The translations under genes and the position numbers were made by a program. From Opitutales bacterium (GTDB taxonomy: Bacteria > Verrucomicrobiota > Verrucomicrobiia > Opitutales > PNEW01), in contig CBDCNV010000001.1 of assembly GCA_965219535.1 (NCBI GenBank), positions 1,440,001 through 1,472,000 of the forward strand: DNA of 32,000 nucleotides. The letters are read 5' to 3'. Below, piece by piece: positions 1 through 8,949 of the stretch (within the stretch, counting starts at the first letter, position 1; every line of letters begins with the position of its first letter). The notes below the pieces were generated by a model, which saw only the letters and a list, made by a program, of their open reading frames with translations, was not told the origin of the DNA and searched no databases.

Positions 1-165
1 TGAATTTCGGAATCAGACGAAGGCGATCCACAAGAAGAAACTAAGTGGGCATAAACGAACAAAATGATAAGCGTAATTATCTTCACGAATATATAGGTAA
101 CGCATTAAAATTTACAATGAGTCAAGTATCGATCTCGAGCGGTGATTTTTCTACGGAGTGAATGT

Positions 166-207
166 AAAAAAAGACCGGCCAATCTGCAAGCAGAGGCCGG
201 TCTTTTT
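166..207 (-). terminator. Intrinsic terminator downstream of amtB-glnK; symmetrical, so it could act in both directions
   Basis: An 8-bp GC stem, GACCGGCC (173-180) / GGCCGGTC (195-202), has an inner TCTG/CAGA extension. It is flanked by A7 (166-172) and T5 (203-207), which gives a U-tract on either strand. It lies about 25 nt past the glnK stop (229-231). Confidence 0.8.
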
Positions 208-228
208 AAATTAATTTAAAAACAGTTA

Positions 229-579
<351 letters not shown>

Positions 580-650
580 TTACTTTAGGTAATTGTTAGT
601 CTTTCAATAATTTCTTGGCAAGCTGAACTTTGATATATTCTTCTAATTAT

Positions 651-2021
651 TTATCGAGTTCTCATCTGGAAGTCGCCATACGCTTCCTGGCCGTGCTCAC
701 CGATGTCGAGGCCTTCGAATTCTTCTTCTTCAGATACCCGAATTCCTATTGTTGCCTTCAATATGCCGAAAATGATGAGGGCAAAGGTAAAGGACCAGGC
801 ACTTATCGCCAGGGTGCCGATAATTTGCCATCCGACAGAGTATCCGCCGAAGATGCCGGCAGCAATCGTGCCCCAGTTGCCACATATTCCATGGACGGAG
901 ATGGCGCCGACGGGATCGTCAATTCTGAGCTTATCAAACATAAGGATAGAAAATACTACGATAACACCAGCAATGAGGCCGATGATAACGGCTTCACCGA
1001 CTCCAACCGAGTCCGCGCCAGCGGTGATGCCAACGAGCCCGGCGAGAATGCCGTTTAGTGCCATAGAAAGGTCAGGTTTCTTCAAAACTGTCCATGCAGT
1101 GGCTATGGAGGCAACGCCACCCGCGGCAGCAGCCATCGTGGTCGTAGTTACGACATAAGAGATAAGGACGGGATCGGCCGAGAGAACGGAACCCCCATTA
1201 AATCCAAACCAGCCCAAAAAGAGGAGGAATACTCCTATTGTGGCGAGAGGGAAGCTGTGCGCGGGAATGGGCCGTATTCTGCCGCCTTCAAGGTATTTAC
1301 CCTTCCTTGGACCGAGTAAGAGCACACAAGCCAGAGCGCCATAACCGCCGAAGGCGTGGACAACTGAGGACCCGGCGAAATCATAAAAACCATTCGCATC
1401 GAGCCAGCCACCACCCCATTTCCAGGCTCCCGAAATGGGATAGGCGATAGCGACGAAGAGTGTCACAAATAGCATAAAGCTGGGTAGTTTTACACGTTCT
1501 GCGACAGCTCCCGAGATAATTGTGGCACCCGTTGCGGCAAACATCGCCTGGAAGAAGAAGTCGGTCCAGGTGGTCATATCCAATGCGTACCCCAGTGGAG
1601 TGATTAATCCAAAATCCTCCAGGGAACCATCGCTGGGAATAAAGAATCCAGCAAAACCGAGTATTCCATTAAAATCTCCGGGATACATAAGATTGAATCC
1701 ACAGATATAGTAAGTGAGAATACCAATTGAGATGATGAAAACATTCTTAAAAAGAACGTTTACACAATTCTTCTGCTGGGTGAGACCAGATTCCAGGGCG
1801 GAGAAACCAAGATGCATGATGAAAACGAGCATGCCCGCAATGAGCACCCACAAGTTATCGACCATGAACTTCGTATAGAGGACAGGCTGTTCCTGAAACT
1901 CGGCCATCGTTGTATAGGCCGGAGCTTCATCTTCCTGTGCATAGAGTGGATTAATGAAAGGACAAAGGGCTAATCCTGTGAGGATTAATATTAATCCAGA
2001 TTTTTTTAATTGGGTTATCAT
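651..2021 (-). CDS. amtB: Ammonium transporter (Amt family) with a cleavable-looking N-terminal signal peptide
   Basis: Amt signatures are present: FAATGATIISGAVAERVK, GSSVVHAFGGYGALA and HGICGNWGTIAAGIFG, in a polytopic membrane protein. The track ORF (651..2078) starts at a TTG. The ATG at 2021 gives a canonical signal peptide (MITQLKKSGLILILTGLALCPFINPLYAQ) and leaves the sigma-54-like motif outside the CDS, so I prefer 2021. Confidence 0.92.
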   Translation of the reverse strand: MITQLKKSGLILILTGLALCPFINPLYAQEDEAPAYTTMAEFQEQPVLYTKFMVDNLWVLIAGMLVFIMHLGFSALESGLTQQKNCVNVLFKNVFIISIGILTYYICGFNLMYPGDFNGILGFAGFFIPSDGSLEDFGLITPLGYALDMTTWTDFFFQAMFAATGATIISGAVAERVKLPSFMLFVTLFVAIAYPISGAWKWGGGWLDANGFYDFAGSSVVHAFGGYGALACVLLLGPRKGKYLEGGRIRPIPAHSFPLATIGVFLLFLGWFGFNGGSVLSADPVLISYVVTTTTMAAAAGGVASIATAWTVLKKPDLSMALNGILAGLVGITAGADSVGVGEAVIIGLIAGVIVVFSILMFDKLRIDDPVGAISVHGICGNWGTIAAGIFGGYSVGWQIIGTLAISAWSFTFALIIFGILKATIGIRVSEEEEFEGLDIGEHGQEAYGDFQMRTR

Positions 2022-2062
2022 AACTGTATAGAATTTATATTTCTGAGATAAATCGCCCTTGA

Positions 2063-2078
2063 GCATTCGCCATGCCAA
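2063..2078 (-). promoter_or_regulatory. Candidate sigma-54 (-24/-12) promoter for amtB-glnK
   Basis: The minus strand reads TTGGCATGGCGAATGC. Against the consensus TGGCACG-N4-TTGC it has correct GG/GC spacing and 9 of 11 defined positions. It lies about 40 nt upstream of the ATG at 2021. Confidence 0.45.
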
Positions 2079-2402
2079 TACTCAATTAACACGGTTCGAA
2101 TTGTCTCCCCTTGTGTGGTGTGACAATTAAAAGACTAACTATTCCAAGCTATTCCACCCTGATTTTGCGAATTTATGAATCGCTCATCCATTCATACATA
2201 AAGTTAGCAAAAAGTATGATTGATAGTGATCCTCAGGAGTCCTGTCTAAATTTGATCACCTTTTCAGCCAGGGTTTGGAAAGCTAACCTATGAATGTAAA
2301 TAGAGTATACAGATTTATAATTCCCTGCGCTTGCTAATCTTATTACCGTTGATCTAGTAACTGAGACTTAGTTATATAAATTGATACAAGAGATTTGCCG
2401 CT

Positions 2403-3179
2403 ATGAAATTGAAGGATCGAACCGCATTAATTACCAGGGCAAGCAAAGGGATCGGCAGAGCCATTGCTTTGGCATGTGCTAAAGAGGGGGCCAATGTAGT
2501 CATCACCGGTCGAGTTGCCGAGGAATTGGAATCGCTAGAGGAAGAAATCAATGCCTTGGGTGTCCGCGCATCCTTGGTCATAGCAGATTTGTCCCAACGC
2601 GATGGGGTGGATAAGGTTTGGAGCTATTGCGTGGAGAACTTTGATAGAATAGATATCCTTATTAATAATGCGGGGATTGGGAGCAGCGCTAAACCCAAAC
2701 CGGTTGTAGACTTAGAGGAAGCGTTCTGGGAGCAAATGCATTTCGTCAACCTGACAGTTCCTTTTCTATTATCACAATGTGTTTTGCCAAAGATGATAGA
2801 ACGCCAATATGGTCGAATTATTAATATTGCATCGATCGCGGGAAAACTGCCCTCCTTACATGGGGCTTCCTATTCGTCGAGCAAGGCAGGGTTACTGGGA
2901 CTGACAAGAACCCTTGCCCTGGAAATGGTAAAAGAGGGAATTACGGTCAACGCTATTTGTCCGGGACCCGTTAATACCCAGACACATGATAAAAGAATGG
3001 CCTATGATTCAGAACGGCTGGGTGTTACGGTCAAAGAAATTGAAGCGGCTTCAACACCCATGGACCGGCGTCTGGAACCAGGTGAAATCGCACCACTCGC
3101 TGTTTTTCTTGCCAGTGATGATGCCTCAGTCATTACTGGTCAGGCCTATAATGCCGATGGTGGTATTCATATGTCGTAA
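2403..3179 (+). CDS. Classical short-chain dehydrogenase/reductase (FabG-like oxidoreductase)
   Basis: The 258-aa ORF has the N-terminal cofactor motif ITRASKGIG (a variant of TGxxxGxG), NNAG, the catalytic S...YSSSK and PG (ICPGPV). Confidence 0.85.
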   Translation: MKLKDRTALITRASKGIGRAIALACAKEGANVVITGRVAEELESLEEEINALGVRASLVIADLSQRDGVDKVWSYCVENFDRIDILINNAGIGSSAKPKPVVDLEEAFWEQMHFVNLTVPFLLSQCVLPKMIERQYGRIINIASIAGKLPSLHGASYSSSKAGLLGLTRTLALEMVKEGITVNAICPGPVNTQTHDKRMAYDSERLGVTVKEIEAASTPMDRRLEPGEIAPLAVFLASDDASVITGQAYNADGGIHMS

Positions 3180-3206
3180 GGTGGCATAATCTTTTATAAA
3201 TCAGCA

Positions 3207-3368
3207 ATGAATAAACTTTGCATATTTGTTGGATTGACGATCGGGAGTTATCTCGGCTGGTGGGTTGGGGCACAATGGAGCATGATGATGGCATTTATAG
3301 TGAGTTCCATAGGCAGCTTGGCCGGGGTCTACGCAGGGTGGAAAATCAACCGAAATTTCTTCAGTTAG
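3207..3368 (+). CDS. Small hydrophobic protein (53 aa, two glycine-rich predicted TM segments); below the ORF-track size cut-off
   Basis: I translated this by hand: MNKLCIFVGLTIGSYLGWWVGAQWSMMMAFIVSSIGSLAGVYAGWKINRNFFS*. It has an ATG start, a TAG stop and a membrane-like composition. It overlaps the charged, unconvincing 65-aa track ORF 3218..3415 in another frame. Confidence 0.45.
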   Translation: MNKLCIFVGLTIGSYLGWWVGAQWSMMMAFIVSSIGSLAGVYAGWKINRNFFS

Positions 3369-3465
3369 AGTCTGAAGTGTTGTCGAAAGTCAAAAGTGAA
3401 ATATGCATTAATTAAAAAAAAGTCTTCTCCTTTGATCTTCGAATTTCGACTTTAGGCTAATAATA

Positions 3466-4440
3466 ATGCACACGGTCACAGCAATAGAAGTCCCGCTGCC
3501 CGATGAATTGAAAGAAGAACTTATCGATTTCTGGCAGGGTGTATTTGAAACGAGCTATGATGGGTTTCGCGCTGTTTTTGATGCCAAAGAAAAAGATTAC
3601 AATCACGATATTGTCTATTTAGTCCGAAAAGGGGAGAAGCTGGGCGGAACATGTCATTTATCGCATTCGATTTTCAATCCGGAATTGGGCGGGTTGGGGG
3701 AAGTAGCAACCGCGCCTGAATTTATGCGCATGGGAATTGCGGCGGCGGTATGTGAAGCGGCGCGCGATGAGTTTTTCAAGCATGGGGGAAGGGCAATCTT
3801 TCTGGGGACCGGTAATCCGGAAGCAGCGCGTGTCTACTATCGTTTGGGTTGGCGGAAGCTTGCTGGAGCTAACATGATGGTCTGCATCGCGAGTGGAGAT
3901 TCACCCGAGACCTTTCTTGTCGATTACTATCGGAAAAATGAACCCGTCACAATAGGTCAAGCATCGGCGAGTGATCGAATTTCAATGATTCCATTGATTG
4001 CTACCCCCCATAATTGGCAAGTTTTAGATGCTAACGCAGGTGTATATTCAACGCGGTATGTTTTACTGCAGTCATGCATGAGCCTCTACCCGCGTTATGA
4101 AGCTCTCCTTGAGAATGGACAGGGAACATGGTTTGGCGCGCGAAGCGTCAGCGGTATACTCGTCGGGTTATCGACTGCACGCTTTGTAAATCCCGAACAG
4201 TGCCAGGTGGATGGATTTATCCATCAGAACTTTAATAATGACTGGGGAAAACTGGTAAAAAAAGCGGTGGATTGGGGTTTTTCCAAGGGAAGTTCCATCT
4301 GCAGGGCCACATTATCGGTCGAAGACCGCGAAAAAAAATCACTTTTTGAGGATTTGGGATTTAAAGAGACCGGAAGCGGAGAAGCTTTTGATATCAACGG
4401 ACGTGAAGTACCCGCTATCCAGATGGAAATCCGGCGGTAA
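3466..4440 (+). CDS. GNAT-family acetyltransferase-like protein (GNAT domain followed by a second domain of unknown function)
   Basis: The segment EVATAPEFMRMGIAAAVCEAARDEFFKHGGRAIFLGTGNPEAARVYYRLGWRKL looks like the GNAT acetyl-CoA binding motif A/B. The substrate is not inferable. Confidence 0.6.
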   Translation: MHTVTAIEVPLPDELKEELIDFWQGVFETSYDGFRAVFDAKEKDYNHDIVYLVRKGEKLGGTCHLSHSIFNPELGGLGEVATAPEFMRMGIAAAVCEAARDEFFKHGGRAIFLGTGNPEAARVYYRLGWRKLAGANMMVCIASGDSPETFLVDYYRKNEPVTIGQASASDRISMIPLIATPHNWQVLDANAGVYSTRYVLLQSCMSLYPRYEALLENGQGTWFGARSVSGILVGLSTARFVNPEQCQVDGFIHQNFNNDWGKLVKKAVDWGFSKGSSICRATLSVEDREKKSLFEDLGFKETGSGEAFDINGREVPAIQMEIRR

Positions 4441-4500
4441 TGCGGATAAGCGTATAGGAGAATATGCGGGCATGTATAATTATAGGATGTAGGATATTGC
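4438..4500 (+). repeat. Octamer-periodic array (WATGCGNN)n that begins with the stop codon of 3466..4440
   Basis: The array reads TAATGCGG ATAAGCGT ATAGGAGA ATATGCGG GCATGTAT AATTATAG GATGTAGG. It degenerates after about 4 units. Confidence 0.6.
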
Positions 4501-4527
4501 TTTGGTAAAATTTCCAAAACCTTTAAA

Positions 4528-4656
4528 TTGTCATCGCGAGGCTGCTTGTATGCCGCGGCGATCCAGGGAAGCGTCGGTTGCTTATTTTAGCCTAGGAATG
4601 GAAAATGTCGCTTCGCTCGCAGCCGCCAGACTGTTACGCCTTCCTCGCAATGACAA
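4528..4656. repeat. Imperfect palindromic intergenic element (MITE/REP-like) between convergent genes
   Basis: TTGTCATCGCGAGG (4528-4541) and CCTCGCAATGACAA (4643-4656) are reverse complements at 13/14 positions, and they enclose about 100 nt of GC-rich sequence. It holds no credible ORF. Confidence 0.55.
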
Positions 4657-4724
4657 GCGAGTTTACCTGATGTAGGCTATTCCTAGCGTTCTACTCATTT
4701 ACGCACATGAGCACCCCACTGGCG

Positions 4725-6506
4725 TTAGGTATTGGTCAAGTCAATATTCAGATCGCGTAATTGCTTTTGCGTAACTGCGCCCGGGCTTTCGGTCATCAGG
4801 CATTGCCCCTTCTGCGTTTTTGGGAAGGCGATCACATCACGTATGCTAGAAGTACCCGTAATGATAGCAATTAAGCGGTCAAAACCTACCGCAATACCCC
4901 CGTGAGGGGGCGCTCCATAGTGAAAGGCTTGCAGCATATAACCAAATTGCTCTTTCACTACTTCAGGTGGAATTTTAAGAAAATCTTCGAATACCTTTTT
5001 TTGCAAATCGGGTTGATGGATACGTATACTTCCACCACCAATTTCTGAGCCATTTAAGACAATATCATAATGTTGCCCGCGGACCGAGCGAGGGTCCGAA
5101 TCCAATTTAGGGATATCCTCCGTTACCGGAGACGTGAATGGATGATGAGCTGAAACATAGCGTTGCTCATCCTGATCGAAGAGCATGAGGGGGAAATCGG
5201 TAACCCATAGAAAATTGTACTGATCATCGGGAATGGATAAAAGCCCTCTCTTACTGAGTAATTGAGCGGAATCCAAACGGATACGGCCAAGTATTCCACA
5301 GGTTTGCTCCCAATCCGCGGCGGCAAAAAAGATAATATCCCCATCTTCGACCTTCAGTCTTTCTTTGAGAATAGATTTTTCCTGCTCGGAAAAGAATTTG
5401 AGGATGGGAGATTTCCACTCATTCCCTTCAGCTTTTATAAAAGCCAGTCCCTTTGCCCCCATTGATTTAGCTGCTTCTTCGAGGCTTTTCAATTCGCCTT
5501 GGGTAATATCAGCCAGGCCCTTTGCGTTGAAGGCTTTTACAACCCCATTATTTTTTATAGTGCCAGAAAAGACTTTAAATTCGGAGTCTTTAAAGGTATC
5601 CGAAAAATCTTCAATCTTAAGGTCAAAACGCGTATCGGGTTTGTCTACGCCGTATTGATTCATCGCTTCATGATAGGAGATGTGCGGAAAAGGTAATTCT
5701 AAGTCAACGTCAATGACGTCTTTCCAGATGCGCTGGAATAAGCCTTCGATCAGCTTATACATATCCTCCCGATCGATGAATGACATTTCGATGTCGATCT
5801 GAGTAAATTCAGGTTGACGGTCAGCCCGTAAATCTTCGTCCCGAAAACAGCGGGCCATTTGATAGTAGCGTTCTACTCCCGCAACCATAAGCATCTGCTT
5901 GTATTGTTGAGGCGATTGAACAAGGGCATAAAACTCTCCCGGATTCAATCGGCTGGGCACGAGAAACTCTCGCGCTCCTTCAGGCGTGCTTTTAAATAGC
6001 TCGGGCGTCTCTATTTCAAGAAACCCATTTTCATCCATGTAATCCCGTGTCGATTTTGATGCCTTATGTCGACAGCGCAATCGATTGAAGCTTTGTGGGC
6101 GACGAAGATCAAGGTAGCGGTAAGTCAATCTTAAGTCCTCGTTTACTTTATCTGCTTTTTCGTCTTCGAGCGGAAACGGGGGAACATCGGAAATATTGTG
6201 AATAATAAGCGACCGAGCGAAAACTTCAATTTCCCCCGTTTTGAGATTTTTATTTAGTGTCTCCTCAGATCGGGGTTTTACCTCTCCCGCAATCTCAATA
6301 ACCGATTCAGGTTTTAGCAGTTTCAGGGTTTCGGTTGATTCGAATTCAGCCGGATCAAATACTATTTGAGTCAGCCCTTCGCGATCGCGTAAATCGATGA
6401 AAATAATTCCCCCATGATCGCGCAAGGTAGCGATCCAACCTATGAGCACGACTTCTATGCCTGCATTGGCTTTAGTGAGTTCACTACAATGATGAGTTCT
6501 TTTCAT
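4725..6506 (-). CDS. aspS: Aspartate--tRNA ligase (bacterial type)
   Basis: The 593-aa ORF starts RTHHCSELTKANAGIEVVLIGWIATLRDHGGIIFIDLRDREGLTQIVFDP, as AspRS does, and carries class II motifs (FRDEDLRADRQPEFTQID, GGGSIRIH, GIAVGFDRL). Confidence 0.95.
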   Translation of the reverse strand: MKRTHHCSELTKANAGIEVVLIGWIATLRDHGGIIFIDLRDREGLTQIVFDPAEFESTETLKLLKPESVIEIAGEVKPRSEETLNKNLKTGEIEVFARSLIIHNISDVPPFPLEDEKADKVNEDLRLTYRYLDLRRPQSFNRLRCRHKASKSTRDYMDENGFLEIETPELFKSTPEGAREFLVPSRLNPGEFYALVQSPQQYKQMLMVAGVERYYQMARCFRDEDLRADRQPEFTQIDIEMSFIDREDMYKLIEGLFQRIWKDVIDVDLELPFPHISYHEAMNQYGVDKPDTRFDLKIEDFSDTFKDSEFKVFSGTIKNNGVVKAFNAKGLADITQGELKSLEEAAKSMGAKGLAFIKAEGNEWKSPILKFFSEQEKSILKERLKVEDGDIIFFAAADWEQTCGILGRIRLDSAQLLSKRGLLSIPDDQYNFLWVTDFPLMLFDQDEQRYVSAHHPFTSPVTEDIPKLDSDPRSVRGQHYDIVLNGSEIGGGSIRIHQPDLQKKVFEDFLKIPPEVVKEQFGYMLQAFHYGAPPHGGIAVGFDRLIAIITGTSSIRDVIAFPKTQKGQCLMTESPGAVTQKQLRDLNIDLTNT

Positions 6507-6583
6507 GATTTAATAATAAAGAGGATGAAAATGGATACTTCGCTAAAAACAGCAATGATAAATTATTAAGAATCTAGAGTAGG

Positions 6584-6734
6584 GCAGATGAGGAAGCCGG
6601 AAGGCTGGAAAACCAGTTCCGAGTTCCGCAGTCGCGGAACGACATCTTCCAAACTGAAGCAAGAGAAAGAGTATGATTAAGTGAACAAATTAAATTTAAT
6701 ATTCCGCATATTCGCATTCACGCTTTTCCGCTTA
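6584..6734. repeat. Composite intergenic repeat, copy B: purine-rich octamers, then hairpin module Y, then octamer array abutting the stop of 6732..8942
   Basis: Octamers GCCGGAAG GCTGGAAA lie at 6596-6611. Module Y at 6619-6654 is 35/36 identical to 14748-14783. The segment 6701-6734 reads on the minus strand as TAAGCGGA AAAGCGTG AATGCGAA TATGCGGA, with TAA being the gene's stop. Confidence 0.7.
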
Positions 6735-8942
6735 ATTCCCCACTTCAAAGGGCACGGTAAGGACAGCGGAGTTTCCTAATTCGTCAACGGCTTCAAGGAG
6801 AAGGCTATGTCCGCCGGAAGCTAGATCATCAATATTAAGGGTAAAGTTCTCACGGGTGGAATCAAATAATCCGTCATCAGGCCTAATCGATTTATGCGAT
6901 TTACCGTCCAACTGATAAAAAACTTCCCTCAATATACTGTTATTATCCGCGACACTGAATTGCAGATTTATCTCATCACTTTGTATTTCATGCTTATGAA
7001 TGATGATTTCAGGAGGTGAATTATCGATGAGGAAGAGTTCGCTTAAACGAAAACCACTTAGTTCCTGGCCAGGTTCGTTGTCAGGTGCGTCACTTGCCAC
7101 CAGCTTTAGATGATAGTTTCCTTCATCAAATCCCTTGGTGTTAATTGTTGTAACGGATACTTCCATCTTTTCCGCCAAAGTGATCCAGGTTTCATCGCCG
7201 TCTTTTTTTATAAGAAGGGTGAATTCTAAATTGTCACCGTTAGGATCTACCGCTTTCCAGCCCACGGATAACAGACCTTCTTCACCCAATTGTTTGAGTT
7301 GTTGGCGCGGTATACGTTCCGCGATTAATTTATGTGGGTCGCCTTCTTCGAGGAATTTTTTCAAATCGATATTTCTGACGGCCGCGGGCATTTGGATTAA
7401 TTTCAATCCTATGGGGAGAAGACGAATGGATTCTATAAAAGGAGCGGAATTTCGCGATTGATAGAATAGACGTACGCGATTGATCTTCTCTTTTGATTGA
7501 CCTGGTGTCGATTCCGAGGGGAACGCTATTTCGTATTGCAGGTAGCGGGCGTGGGAGCTTTTTATCACCCAATCTCCATTATTTTTTTCCACATCTGCCC
7601 AATCATTCCAAGTGTCATCGGGGTCTTCGGTATTTCCGCTACGCGTGCGAAAAGTGGAAAACGGAGTAACACTGTTGTCGGTAACGGGTAAGAGGTTGCC
7701 CCATTTTACAATCTGTTTGATATCGATTGCTCCTGATGTAAAGACGCCGGTTTCTGCTTTTCCCGACTGTAGTCGGTAAATTTTAGCGGGATTACTGGTC
7801 ACCGCCAAAACAGAATCAGGATGGATTGGGTCAGGGATAAGCACTGTTAATTCACCCCCATCGGGTGTCTGTTGCAAGAGTGACCATTCGCTGCGATCTT
7901 GTACAGAATAAAGTCGTCCTTTATCATTCGTGCCGATCAATAAGGATTGATTCGCGTAGAGTATAAAACTGTAGATATTAAAATTATGAGATTCCCAAAC
8001 GGACTCAACGAACCCTTCATTATCAATCCTGTAGATTCTGCTCGAGCCCCCTTTCACCGCCGATGGTGGAGTGTTAGAATGATTGGAGTTACCCTCCTTC
8101 CCCGATACCGTAACGGAGTAGGTTGACATCGAAGCATTGTTTTCCGTTTTGCGTGAAGACTCCGCACTTTTGTCACTCCCATTGCGGTTGAAGGTGGAAA
8201 AAAAGAGGGTCCCATCACTTTTTGCGACGATACTTTTAATTTCCTGTGCACCGGAATTGTAGAGCGCATAGGCTTTATCTTTATTTTCGATACGGTAAAG
8301 TACACCATCGGGGCTGCTTCCCGCGAGTAAGTGACCCTCTGAATCCCAGGCCAGTTTAGTGAGATGAGTTTGAGGACAACTAAACCATAATTCAGCTTCA
8401 TCTCCCGTTTGAATACCAGGTGAAATCTTATATATATTTGCCGGGCTTCCCGTCGCTACATAAAGATTACCGTCCTCATCAGAGATGAGATCCCAAATAT
8501 ACTCTTCATCGCTATCGAAGTAGATTTCCGGTAACCTTCCCGGTGAGATGCGATAGACACGTCCGCGTGGCGAGGTTCCTACATAAAGATTGTCTTGAGA
8601 ATCGATCGCGATGGCACGCGTCAGGATCTTATCCGGGCTGAAATAATTACTTACCTCACCCTGGGGACTCACTTTAAGGACTGTTCCATTATTCCCGGTT
8701 GCGAGGTAGAGGTTGCCTTGTGAATCAACGACACCGGCCCAGATTATGGGTTCGGGTAGCTCAGCGACTTCTAATAATCCTGGAGCTAATTGTAATGACC
8801 CCTGGTTCCCGAGAGATACGTTTTTAAAATCGCCTTCAATAAAATCATAGTATTTTTCATGGGCGATAGACTGTGTGCGCACGCCATAAAGTGAAGTAAA
8901 GACAAAGCAACCGCAGAGTAGGTAAATTAAGAAATTTTTCAT
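6732..8942 (-). CDS. Secreted beta-propeller repeat protein with C-terminal Ig-like region (function unknown)
   Basis: It has a signal peptide (MKNFLIYLLCGCFVFTSLYG). At least 7 blade-like repeats follow the pattern GNLYVAT..G.IYKISP. The C-terminal ~100 aa are beta-rich. I recognised no catalytic motif. It starts 7 nt after the upstream protease gene. Confidence 0.7.
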   Translation of the reverse strand: MKNFLIYLLCGCFVFTSLYGVRTQSIAHEKYYDFIEGDFKNVSLGNQGSLQLAPGLLEVAELPEPIIWAGVVDSQGNLYLATGNNGTVLKVSPQGEVSNYFSPDKILTRAIAIDSQDNLYVGTSPRGRVYRISPGRLPEIYFDSDEEYIWDLISDEDGNLYVATGSPANIYKISPGIQTGDEAELWFSCPQTHLTKLAWDSEGHLLAGSSPDGVLYRIENKDKAYALYNSGAQEIKSIVAKSDGTLFFSTFNRNGSDKSAESSRKTENNASMSTYSVTVSGKEGNSNHSNTPPSAVKGGSSRIYRIDNEGFVESVWESHNFNIYSFILYANQSLLIGTNDKGRLYSVQDRSEWSLLQQTPDGGELTVLIPDPIHPDSVLAVTSNPAKIYRLQSGKAETGVFTSGAIDIKQIVKWGNLLPVTDNSVTPFSTFRTRSGNTEDPDDTWNDWADVEKNNGDWVIKSSHARYLQYEIAFPSESTPGQSKEKINRVRLFYQSRNSAPFIESIRLLPIGLKLIQMPAAVRNIDLKKFLEEGDPHKLIAERIPRQQLKQLGEEGLLSVGWKAVDPNGDNLEFTLLIKKDGDETWITLAEKMEVSVTTINTKGFDEGNYHLKLVASDAPDNEPGQELSGFRLSELFLIDNSPPEIIIHKHEIQSDEINLQFSVADNNSILREVFYQLDGKSHKSIRPDDGLFDSTRENFTLNIDDLASGGHSLLLEAVDELGNSAVLTVPFEVGN

Positions 8943-8949
8943 CGGGTTA

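Noticed and set aside
1-165. A possible 3' end of a plus-strand gene entering the window (frame 2 ends ..KKKLSGHKRTK* at 67), and a 30-codon minus-strand ORF starting at 105.
   Set aside because: Both are too short and featureless to support. No motif is recognisable and the window edge prevents assessment.
630-1158. Two long plus-strand ORFs (630..1058 and 703..1158) antisense to amtB.
   Set aside because: They lie entirely within a confidently identified Amt transporter gene on the other strand. Their products are low-complexity (Pro/Ala/Ser/Arg-rich) with no recognisable motif. They are typical shadow ORFs.
3218-3415. A 65-aa track ORF downstream of the SDR gene.
   Set aside because: Its product is charged and Arg/Leu-rich with no features. 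A different frame (3207..3368) gives a much more protein-like small membrane protein, so I call that one instead, still at modest confidence.
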